In this document: positions 30,765-37,272 of the stretch, piece after piece
How the letters are laid out: every line of letters starts with the position of its first letter
Position numbering within the stretch: the first letter of the stretch is position 1
Virus record (IMG/VR): IMGVR_UViG_2595698618_000001
Location: 15,136 to 79,135 of that record
Reading direction: 5' to 3' (one strand)
Origin: a virus
Lineage: Duplodnaviria; Heunggongvirae; Uroviricota; Caudoviricetes
Length of the DNA stretch: 64,000 nt
Made by a program: the position numbers and the translations under genes
Notes under the pieces: model-generated
The model's database searches: none
Told to the model about the DNA's origin: nothing
Seen by the model: the letters and a program-made list of their open reading frames with translations, nothing else

Positions 30765-31217
30765 TTAAAACTTTCGATTTAACCCCATCTTACTCCTAAT
30801 CTCATCCTGCTTTCGAGCAACCTCAATATGCTTCGCCAACTTCTGCTGGTCTTCATAAGTAGCAGGCATCCCATCCTTCAAGTGAACCTTATCTCCCTGA
30901 ATATTCACTACACTATTTCCACTAATCGTAGTCGTCTGCGGAGCGCCACCAGTCGTGGTAGACACATTGCCAATACTCACCCCACCCGCGCCAGCAACTC
31001 CATCTACATCATCAAGGATTTTCTCAAGTTCACTCGCCTCTGCACAAGGCTGACGCTGAATCAAGCCAAGCGCGTAATACTTATACTTCTGCACACTTTC
31101 AGGCCCGTCCTTGTAAAAGATGTGCGGAACGCTCTCGCTCAACTCGCAATCTTCGCACTCGAACGTGCCATCCTCGAAGGTGATTGTATGTCCCCCGAGA
31201 CTCACAGCATATTTCAT
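30765..31217 (-). CDS. Zn-ribbon paralog family member
   Basis: Start MKYAV at 31217 (longer call overlaps a tRNA); GHTI...CEDC...YYALG...PC. Confidence 0.55.
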   Translation of the reverse strand: MKYAVSLGGHTITFEDGTFECEDCELSESVPHIFYKDGPESVQKYKYYALGLIQRQPCAEASELEKILDDVDGVAGAGGVSIGNVSTTTGGAPQTTTISGNSVVNIQGDKVHLKDGMPATYEDQQKLAKHIEVARKQDEIRSKMGLNRKF

Positions 31218-31221
31218 TTGA

Positions 31222-31294
31222 CAGGCGTAAGGGGATTCGAACCCCTGTCGCAAGTTTAGAAGACTCGCGGGATAGTCCACTACCTTATACGCCT
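31222..31294 (-). tRNA. trnR: tRNA-Arg(TCT)
   Basis: cgagt-ctTCTaa-acttg. Confidence 0.85.
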
Positions 31295-31329
31295 ACACGA
31301 AAATAAGACTCCCTACTACTTAAATCTTT

Positions 31330-31572
31330 CTACTGGCAATCAGGGCAATACTCCTCGAAGTTAATTGCGATAGGGTCTTCGGGGTCGGGGAATGCCTCCC
31401 TCACCCAATCCGTGTGCTTTACGTCTTGGCTGACCCGCTTCTCCTCGCTGACGATTTCGGAATAATCGTAACTCCCGTGAACGTCAACGTATGCTCCCTC
31501 CTCGAATGTCGCGTCTAAGGTGATGGCTCCACAACCATCGCAAATTAGGTGCTTGCCTAACATAACGCCCAC
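31330..31572 (-). CDS. Small Zn-ribbon protein
   Basis: CDGC...CPDC. Confidence 0.55.
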   Translation of the reverse strand: MGVMLGKHLICDGCGAITLDATFEEGAYVDVHGSYDYSEIVSEEKRVSQDVKHTDWVREAFPDPEDPIAINFEEYCPDCQ

Positions 31573-31639
31573 GACAGGACTCGAACCTGCAATCTCTGGC
31601 TTCGAAGGCCATTGCCTTATCCAATTAGGCTACGTGGGC
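31566..31639 (-). tRNA. trnR: tRNA-Arg(TCG)
   Basis: tggc-ctTCGaa-gcca; GTTCGAGTC. Confidence 0.9.
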
Positions 31640-31758
31640 AAACAATTATTGTGACGTGTGGGGTACTCCTTATCTAAGTTGGATATAGATATTAAATTCC
31701 CCTCGGGGTAGCCCTCTCACTCCTTCCACCCCTTACCTGACTTACGGCTTCCGGGTAC

Positions 31759-32277
31759 TTAAATCTTTCGATTATCCCGACGCCGATACTTCCCACAGGG
31801 ACAATTCCGGTCAGTCTTCTCCAACATATAGATTGCCAAACGCTCTCTACGCCATTTCTCAAGCGTATTGTACGTCTGCACAGTCCCGTGTCGTTCCTCA
31901 ACGTGTGTCGGCAACTTACCAAACTCTTGCACGTAGCCGCAATTTCGGCATTGTGCGAGGCCGTATTCCGTGCCGACTCCGCAAACAATCTCCCTGTCTC
32001 GATACTCGAATACGTCTCCTTCTTCCTCCATCATTTTCTCCATTAGTCCACGCATTGCTGATTCGAGTTGTCTGAATACTAAGTCTTCGTGTCCTGCTTG
32101 GAGTAGTTCATCGGTGATGGCAAATTCGTTGCCGTATTTCGTACCATTGTGTCGTTTGCTGATGCGTACTACTTCAGCCATTCGTGATGGCTCGTACATA
32201 TGGTGTACGTTTAACTCACCGATGTTGAGTTCGTCGGAGAACGAGTGCGTAATGTCTATTAAGTCTTCCTCGTCCAT
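31759..32277 (-). CDS. Zn-ribbon paralog family member with N-terminal extension
   Basis: CRNC...IYML...CPC. Confidence 0.5.
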   Translation of the reverse strand: MDEEDLIDITHSFSDELNIGELNVHHMYEPSRMAEVVRISKRHNGTKYGNEFAITDELLQAGHEDLVFRQLESAMRGLMEKMMEEEGDVFEYRDREIVCGVGTEYGLAQCRNCGYVQEFGKLPTHVEERHGTVQTYNTLEKWRRERLAIYMLEKTDRNCPCGKYRRRDNRKI

Positions 32278-32311
32278 ATGGGAAGTTCGCACTCTAACTA
32301 TAAAAAGGTTA

Positions 32312-32397
32312 CGCCGAGCAGAGGATTTGAACCTCTTGGCCGCATATGCGACCGTCTGTTTTCAAAACAGACTGAGTTTGCCTGACTCAATCTCGGC
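32312..32397 (-). tRNA. trnS: tRNA-Ser(TGA)
   Basis: tctgt-ttTGAaa-acaga; long V arm. Confidence 0.9.
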
Positions 32398-32402
32398 TCA
32401 AG

Positions 32403-32474
32403 AGTCGGGAGAGGGATTCGAACCCCCGTACACCGAATCTGCTGTCCGGGCCGTGACCACTCTGGCATCCCGAC
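32403..32474 (-). tRNA. trnC: tRNA-Cys(GCA), atypical A33
   Basis: ccgga-caGCAga-ttcgg; U73 discriminator. Confidence 0.75.
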
Positions 32475-32483
32475 TACGCTGAG

Positions 32484-32774
32484 TCAATTACACCCATTTA
32501 GGAAGTATCGTCCCAAGGGTATAAGTTTAATGGTTTGAACGTGAATCTCGTGTGAGGGTTTGACGGTTCCTCTAATTCCTTCTTCTCTGTGGCAGTTTTT
32601 GCAGTAGAGGTTTAGGTGGAAGTAGATTCGTCCGTCGTCTGTTTCGTGAACGTCATTGTGTAGTAGCACAATGTGGTGGCCGTTCCACGTTATCGGGAAG
32701 TATGAGCGTTTGTACCCGTAGGCTTCAACTTGCTTGATTTGCTCGTTGAGTTCGCTACGAGTACCGAGGGTCAT
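32484..32774 (-). CDS. Zn-ribbon paralog family member
   Basis: GHHIVL...CKNC...LIPLG...GC. Confidence 0.55.
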   Translation of the reverse strand: MTLGTRSELNEQIKQVEAYGYKRSYFPITWNGHHIVLLHNDVHETDDGRIYFHLNLYCKNCHREEGIRGTVKPSHEIHVQTIKLIPLGRYFLNGCN

Positions 32775-32775
32775 A

Positions 32776-32874
32776 TTATCCGAAGAACGTGGTTGGGCCG
32801 TCCGTACAGTCGAGGCAGACGCCTCGCTCGTTCAAGATTGCTTTCTGTTCGTCGCACCGTGAGCATTGCTTCAT
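32776..32874 (-). CDS. 32-aa zinc-finger microprotein (below track cutoff)
   Basis: MKQCSRCDEQKAILNERGVCLDCTDGPTTFFG; fills the gap between tRNA-Ile and the next ORF. Confidence 0.7.
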   Translation of the reverse strand: MKQCSRCDEQKAILNERGVCLDCTDGPTTFFG

Positions 32875-32875
32875 A

Positions 32876-32950
32876 TGCGTCCGGTTGGATTTGAACCAAC
32901 AAATCTTTCCGTTATCAGCGGAACGCCTTACCTGATTTGGCTACGAACGC
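32876..32950 (-). tRNA. trnI: tRNA-Ile(GAT)
   Basis: ttccg-ctGATaa-cggaa. Confidence 0.9.
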
Positions 32951-32953
32951 GCA

Positions 32954-33026
32954 TAGTCGGTAGAGGATTCGAACCTCTGTCACGAGGGTCAGAGCCTCGT
33001 ATGATTGGCCGCTACACAAACCGACT
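32954..33026 (-). tRNA. trnQ: tRNA-Gln(CTG)
   Basis: cgagg-ctCTGac-cctcg; A1:U72 as in archaeal tRNA-Gln. Confidence 0.9.
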
Positions 33027-33028
33027 AA

Positions 33029-33111
33029 CGCCGAGGGAAGGATTCGAACCTTCTGACCATAAAGGCCGTTGGATTAGCAATCCAACCGAGTTTGCCTGAC
33101 TCAACCACGGC
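33029..33111 (-). tRNA. trnS: tRNA-Ser(GCT)
   Basis: ttgga-ttGCTaa-tccaa; long V arm. Confidence 0.9.
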
Positions 33112-33114
33112 TCA

Positions 33115-33185
33115 TACGAGGAACCTGAATCGAACAGGTAGTGCCGGTCCATCTGACCGGAGTGTTTCCATTACACTATCCTCGT
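33115..33185 (-). tRNA. Atypical tRNA-like gene (nominal GAT anticodon, no U33)
   Basis: Perfect acceptor, D and T stems; ccggt-caGATgg-accgg. Confidence 0.6.
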
Positions 33186-33248
33186 GTATTATAGTGGCAG
33201 TTGTCTCCACTCGGACTACGACGGTGGCCTGCCGCATCGTCCAATTAG

Positions 33249-33333
33249 CGCCGAGGGCAGGATTCGAACCTGCATTCCACAATGGGAGCCTGTTTTCGAG
33301 ACAGGTGAGCGACCAGATTGCTCAACCACCGGC
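33249..33333 (-). tRNA. trnS: tRNA-Ser(CGA)
   Basis: cctgt-ctCGAaa-acagg; long V arm. Confidence 0.9.
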
Positions 33334-33338
33334 TCGTA

Positions 33339-33409
33339 TGAGGTCTGAGAGATTTGCACTCCCATCACTCGCTCTGGAGGCGAGTAGGATTCTATTACCC
33401 CAAGACCTC
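33339..33409 (-). tRNA. trnW: tRNA-Trp(CCA), intronless, T-loop TGCAAAT
   Basis: ctcgc-ctCCAga-gcgag. Confidence 0.8.
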
Positions 33410-33412
33410 TCA

Positions 33413-33485
33413 TAGTCCCCCGAGGAATCGAACCTCGCTCTCTCGGTCCAAAGCCGAGCGTCTTTCGCCAGCGGACTCGGGGACT
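33413..33485 (-). tRNA. trnQ: tRNA-Gln(TTG)
   Basis: ctcgg-ctTTGga-ccgag; A1:U72. Confidence 0.9.
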
Positions 33486-33530
33486 TCATTATAGCGTAAG
33501 TGCTATGGGTATTTAAGTCTTGCGATTCCC

Positions 33531-33629
33531 TAATACTTGCCACGCACCGGGAATCCTAAAAAGTGGAGATTTGACTCCACGAAATTTGCGAACTCTGAAT
33601 CGAGCATCGTGAAGTCATTGTGTGTATTA
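33531..33629 (-). ncRNA. Candidate structured ncRNA with own promoter
   Basis: Promoter at ~33645-33662; terminal UAAUAC/GUAUUA; GUGGAG/CUCCAC hairpin; no credible ORF. Confidence 0.4.
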
Positions 33630-33668
33630 CCCTATACGGGGTCCTCCTATATAAATCTTTCGATTTAA

Positions 33669-33741
33669 TGGGCCGAGCAGGAATCGAACCCGCGATGGGA
33701 GGTTAAAAGCCTCCTGCGTTAAGCCATTTCGCCACCGGCCC
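33669..33741 (-). tRNA. trnK: tRNA-Lys(TTT)
   Basis: ggagg-ctTTTaa-cctcc. Confidence 0.9.
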
Positions 33742-33745
33742 GCAA

Positions 33746-33816
33746 ATCCAGCAGAGGGAGTTGAACCCTCACGTCAGCCATACCAAAGCCGTGCCCTACC
33801 ATTAGACCATACTGGA
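33746..33816 (-). tRNA. trnT: tRNA-Thr(GGT)
   Basis: cggct-ttGGTat-ggctg (weak stem); U73. Confidence 0.7.
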
Positions 33817-33819
33817 TAA

Positions 33820-33893
33820 ATCCGCTGGTGGGAATCGAACCCACAACCTCTCGCTTACGAGGCGAGTGCCCGTCCAAATTGGGCCACAACGGA
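33820..33893 (-). tRNA. trnT: tRNA-Thr(CGT)
   Basis: ctcgc-ctCGTaa-gcgag. Confidence 0.9.
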
Positions 33894-33895
33894 TA

Positions 33896-33968
33896 ATCCG
33901 GTCGTGGGAGTCGAACCCACCGTCTGTTCCTTACAAGGGAACCGCCACTCCTATGCGGCCTGACCGGA
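33896..33968 (-). tRNA. trnT: tRNA-Thr(TGT)
   Basis: gttcc-ctTGTaa-ggaac. Confidence 0.9.
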
Positions 33969-34090
33969 ACGCTGAATATACTAACCGCTCCACGTTTTTT
34001 TTACTAACATCGAGGAACGTGGAAACGATGAAGTTGTGACTACTTAAAGGCGCGTGCCCGTTGTTGTAGTTTTGGACTTCATCGTTGGAG

Positions 34091-34193
34091 TGGACCGCCC
34101 CGGATTCGAACCGGGAGTTCCTTGCTAATTTGGAGCAGAAGCCGTAACTTCAACTCTTGCAAAGCAAGTGTCTTGCCATTAGACCAGCGGCCC
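34091..34193 (-). tRNA. trnA: tRNA-Ala(TGC) with 31-nt BHB intron (34127..34157)
   Basis: G3:U70; intron at 37/38 with central helix UUUG/CAAA and 3-nt bulges CAA and UUA. Confidence 0.9.
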
Positions 34194-34210
34194 AAGTTGC
34201 GTGACTATAC

Positions 34211-34624
34211 CTATGAACTGCTACTACTTAAAGGTTTCGGTTTGATAATTCCATTGTGTAACTTACGATGACAGTTAGCGCAAATGACGACACACTTCTC
34301 CAACTCCTTGTCAATACGCTCATAGGAAGCGTCGTCTGCTCGAAGTTTGGAAATATTATGCTCTTTGTTGTCAACGTGATGCAAGTCGAGCGCACAAGCA
34401 ACATCCTCGTCGCAGTTTATGCACCCACGCTCACTCTTATAAGTATTGATATATTCTGCCTTCTCACGGCGGCGCTTGTTCTCTTGCTCACGTATTTGCT
34501 CTTTTCGGCCCTCCTTAGCGTAGTAATATTGAGTATGATAGGATAGTTCGTCCCATTCCTCTTGTGATTTATCTACGTGGTTTGGGACTTGTTCTTGATA
34601 TTGGTCTTCTTTGAAAGAACCCAT
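34211..34624 (-). CDS. HNH homing endonuclease
   Basis: CINC...LDLHHV...KCVVICANCHRKLH. Confidence 0.85.
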   Translation of the reverse strand: MGSFKEDQYQEQVPNHVDKSQEEWDELSYHTQYYYAKEGRKEQIREQENKRRREKAEYINTYKSERGCINCDEDVACALDLHHVDNKEHNISKLRADDASYERIDKELEKCVVICANCHRKLHNGIIKPKPLSSSSS

Positions 34625-34687
34625 ACTCTTACAAATAAACTGCTACTACTTAAAGGTTTCGGTTTGAGACTTTCAAACTATTTCATA

Positions 34688-34825
34688 CTATACTGTCTCA
34701 TCCGAAATGGGCGGAACTATTATGTCATCCACCCTTGGGGCATCGTTGACGATACTTGGTGCGATGGTTGTGCCACCGACTAAGAGTATCGCTAACAATA
34801 GCGCGATTATTGGTCTACGATTCAC
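34688..34825 (-). CDS. 45-aa signal-peptide/membrane microprotein (GTG start)
   Basis: MNRRPIIALLLAILLVGGTTIAPS...; promoter at ~34845-34862. Confidence 0.55.
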   Translation of the reverse strand: MNRRPIIALLLAILLVGGTTIAPSIVNDAPRVDDIIVPPISDETV

Positions 34826-34874
34826 GGGGATACTACGCGCTAAGAGTATTTAAGTGTTTCGGAAAAGTGCTTGC

Positions 34875-34970
34875 CGTACTTCTGGAAAGAGGCAGGCTGT
34901 CCCTCCCGCCTATTAGACACAAGGCTGAGTGCGCCTTGCCACAGGGGGCGCTTGCAGTTACGGAAGTACG
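34875..34970 (-). ncRNA. Candidate structured ncRNA directly 3' of the CAT tRNA
   Basis: 8-bp closing stem CGUACUUC/GAAGUACG; internal hairpins CAAGGC/GCCUUG and AGGCGGG/CCUGCCU. Confidence 0.5.
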
Positions 34971-34972
34971 TA

Positions 34973-35058
34973 TTCCGACGATGGGATTCGAACCCATTTC
35001 GTGCGAAGCACAACAGGATATGAGCCTGCCGAGCATAGCCAGACTGCTCAACGTCGGG
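34973..35058 (-). tRNA. tRNA with CAT anticodon and long variable arm (Met or Ile2)
   Basis: gcagg-ctCATat-cctgt; V arm GTGC-TTC-GCAC; C1:A72 mismatch. Confidence 0.8.
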
Positions 35059-35060
35059 AG

Positions 35061-35136
35061 TGGGCTGAACAGGATTTGAACCCGTATGTAGAAGGTCAAG
35101 AGCCTTCCGCGTTTAGCCAAGTTTCGCCATCAGCCC
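35061..35136 (-). tRNA. trnK: tRNA-Lys(CTT)
   Basis: gaagg-ctCTTga-ccttc. Confidence 0.9.
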
Positions 35137-35139
35137 AAG

Positions 35140-35212
35140 TCTCCCGAGTAGGATTCGAACCTACTGCAACACGCTCTACAGGCGTGTACCCTTACCAGCG
35201 GGTCTTCGAGAG
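35140..35212 (-). tRNA. trnY: tRNA-Tyr(GTA), archaeal type
   Basis: cacgc-ctGTAga-gcgtg; C1:G72, short variable loop. Confidence 0.9.
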
Positions 35213-35215
35213 GTA

Positions 35216-35288
35216 CGTCGCAGGGAGGACTTGCACCTCCAACATCTCGGGTAACAGCCGAGTGTTCTACTAATTGAACTACCGCGAC
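35216..35288 (-). tRNA. trnN: tRNA-Asn(GTT), T-loop TGCAAGT
   Basis: ctcgg-ctGTTac-ccgag. Confidence 0.85.
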
Positions 35289-35338
35289 ACGCTGTATACC
35301 ATCATACGTGGTGATGGTATATAAATCTTTCGATTTGA

Positions 35339-35409
35339 TGCGCGATTCGGGAATCGAACCCGAGTCTGCTCCGTGGCAGGGAGCCGTCTTTCCATTGGAC
35401 CAACCACGC
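35339..35409 (-). tRNA. trnG: tRNA-Gly(GCC)
   Basis: gctcc-ctGCCac-ggagc. Confidence 0.9.
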
Positions 35410-35413
35410 GCTA

Positions 35414-35484
35414 TGCGCGGCACGAGAGTCGAACTCGTATCTCAGGCTTGGAAGGCCCGCATCTTGCCATTGGAACAGCCACGC
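35414..35484 (-). tRNA. trnG: tRNA-Gly(TCC)
   Basis: cgggc-ctTCCaa-gcctg. Confidence 0.9.
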
Positions 35485-35489
35485 TCAAG

Positions 35490-35563
35490 GTCCGGGCACG
35501 AGATTCGCACTCGTATCTCGACCGTCACAGGGCCGAATGTTAACTTTTCCACCAGCGCCGGAC
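35490..35563 (-). tRNA. trnH: tRNA-His(GTG), T-loop TGCGAAT
   Basis: cggcc-ctGTGac-ggtcg; encoded G-1:C73; acceptor stem has a bulge. Confidence 0.75.
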
Positions 35564-35606
35564 ACGCTTTCTGGATTAATACCTATGCACTACTACTATA
35601 TAAATC

Positions 35607-36416
35607 TTACGATTTGTAATCCCGATAATCCGACTTCGCCCTCAAATAATACTCACTATAAATCGCAGAATTACGCTCATTCTTATCCAAATCATTCCAC
35701 TCATCACGCCACGCATAAATCTCCTCAAAGCCAGAAGAACGTTCGCTGGTTACAACAAGAGAAGAACCATCCTTCCGAAACGTGAAGTGTGAGAACCGAG
35801 TTACGTACTTACTCATTGTGTGTAGTCGCTACCTTCGATATAATCGCCGTTGTTCAGTCGAGTCATATCTACCTCCCACGAGCCGTTCACTCTCTTAACC
35901 GGGACAGAACGATTTTCGAGTTGCGCCATATCCTCAACGGGAACGTCGAGAGCGTCGAGAACGGAGGGGAGAGTCCTATCAGACTCCCAATATTGTGGGA
36001 CAGAAAGTGAAAATACTTCGTCACCAGCATCAGGGTAATCAAGTGTAATATCAAGTGTCTCACCACTACCGTTAGTTGCTAACTCCATTTCCACGACAGG
36101 AGCGTAATAGCCATTTTCCGTGGCTTGTTTGATTTGCGTCAGTTCGGCAGAAATTTCCGCAGGGTCATTAGTTCTCGGCATACAGGAATATTCGAGCGCC
36201 TACTACTTAAACCTTTCGATGTTCCATTAAAATTAGTTTGTAAAGTTCCATCTTATCGAGTCCCATAACTTCTTCGTAGTCGAATACTGCGATTACGTCG
36301 TCGCACCAATTGCAGTAGACGTAGACTTTCTTAACTTTATCGAAAAGAGCGATTTCGTAATGGGCATACTCGTCTTTGACGAGAGTAAAACTCATCTCGT
36401 CAGGAAATTCTGCCAT
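35607..36416 (-). other. Three hypothetical ORFs inside the tRNA array (35607..35816, 35813..36181, 36207..36416)
   Basis: Acidic ORFs with promoters at ~36200-36217; last has CNWC. Confidence 0.5.
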
Positions 36417-36421
36417 CGGAG

Positions 36422-36497
36422 TGCTGATGACAGGAATTGAACCCGCGACCTCTACGCTGAGAACGTAGCGTCTCTCGCCAGCGGAGACTCCATCAGC
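36422..36497 (-). tRNA. trnE: tRNA-Glu(CTC)
   Basis: ctacg-ttCTCag-cgtag. Confidence 0.8.
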
Positions 36498-36501
36498 AAA
36501 G

Positions 36502-36575
36502 TGGGCCGACCCGGATTTGAACCGAGATGCGCCTGTTCTTCAAACAGGTGGATTCCCAAATTATCCTATCGACCC
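36502..36575 (-). tRNA. trnF: tRNA-Phe(GAA)
   Basis: cctgt-ttGAAga-acagg. Confidence 0.9.
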
Positions 36576-36578
36576 GCG

Positions 36579-36944
36579 TTAGTATTCCAAGTTGGAATGT
36601 TCTTTTCTGTGACAGTTCGCGCAGAGGATGATGCATTTCTCCATCTCCTCCTTAATCGCTTCTTTTGAGTAACCATCGTTCGCCAGTTTAGCCACACTTT
36701 CACTCTTATCATCGTTATGATGATGGAAGTCGAGTGCGGCTGGATGCTCCTCGTCACAGTTGGAACATCCTCGTTCGTGCTTATAGTCGGCTACCCATTG
36801 ACGAAGTTTGGCCTTTCGGTTAGCAATGCGTTCCTTCTCCTCCTCTCTGTTGCGATAGTAGTATCGCATTGAGGGAGCGAGGTCTTCCCATTGCTTTCCA
36901 TCAGGAAGGTCTACGCCTTCCGGTTTGGGCTTCATCTCCGTCAT
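36579..36944 (-). CDS. HNH homing endonuclease (paralog of 34211..34624)
   Basis: CSNC...LDFHHH...KCIILCANCHRKEH; wedged between two tRNAs. Confidence 0.85.
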   Translation of the reverse strand: MTEMKPKPEGVDLPDGKQWEDLAPSMRYYYRNREEEKERIANRKAKLRQWVADYKHERGCSNCDEEHPAALDFHHHNDDKSESVAKLANDGYSKEAIKEEMEKCIILCANCHRKEHSNLEY

Positions 36945-36945
36945 A

Positions 36946-37033
36946 TACTGGCTACGAGATTCGAACTCGTGTCTCGACCTCGAAAGGGTCGAAGGATTGG
37001 CTTAATGCCGTGCGTCCACTACCCCAAGCCAGC
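36946..37033 (-). tRNA. trnE: tRNA-Glu(TTC) with 15-nt D-loop insertion (37001..37015)
   Basis: cgacc-ctTTCga-ggtcg; D-loop GTAGTGG[ACGCACGGCATTAAG]CCAATC. Confidence 0.8.
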
Positions 37034-37169
37034 GCGTTGAATCCCCTTTCGGGGAGGTGTACCGTGAGGCGTCACAGTACGCTGACGATGCACCACGGTC
37101 CCTATAACGAGGGTTGGTTAATCCTGCCTTGTGTGGCTCACGTCAGTTAGGGCAAGTCAGTAGGCCCTA
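37034..37169 (-). ncRNA. Structured ncRNA B (~135 nt)
   Basis: Stems UAGGGC/GCCCUA, CUGACG/CGUCAG, CCCU/AGGG, GUACUGUGA/UCACGGUAC, UCCCC-GAAA-GGGGA. Confidence 0.65.
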
Positions 37170-37240
37170 CGCCGAAGCCGGGTAATGCTCCCGAGTCTCG
37201 TGCGTGACAGGCACGCATCTTACTTTTAGACCACTTCGGC
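37170..37240 (-). tRNA. trnD: tRNA-Asp(GTC) with non-canonical T-loop AGCATTA
   Basis: cgtgc-ctGTCac-gcacg; acceptor GCCGAAG/CTTCGGC; G73. Confidence 0.75.
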
Positions 37241-37272
37241 ACTTCGTATTCTTACTAATGCGCCCCTACTAT

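Noticed and set aside
33186-33248. Small hairpin pair between tRNA-like gene and Ser(CGA)
   Set aside because: It pairs better on the non-transcribed strand and is short enough to be chance.
30765-33543. Track ORFs overlapping tRNA genes (e.g. 32866..33415, 33216..33543, 34756..35619, 36869..37150)
   Set aside because: They lie over clear tRNA cloverleafs and have non-acidic composition; spurious.
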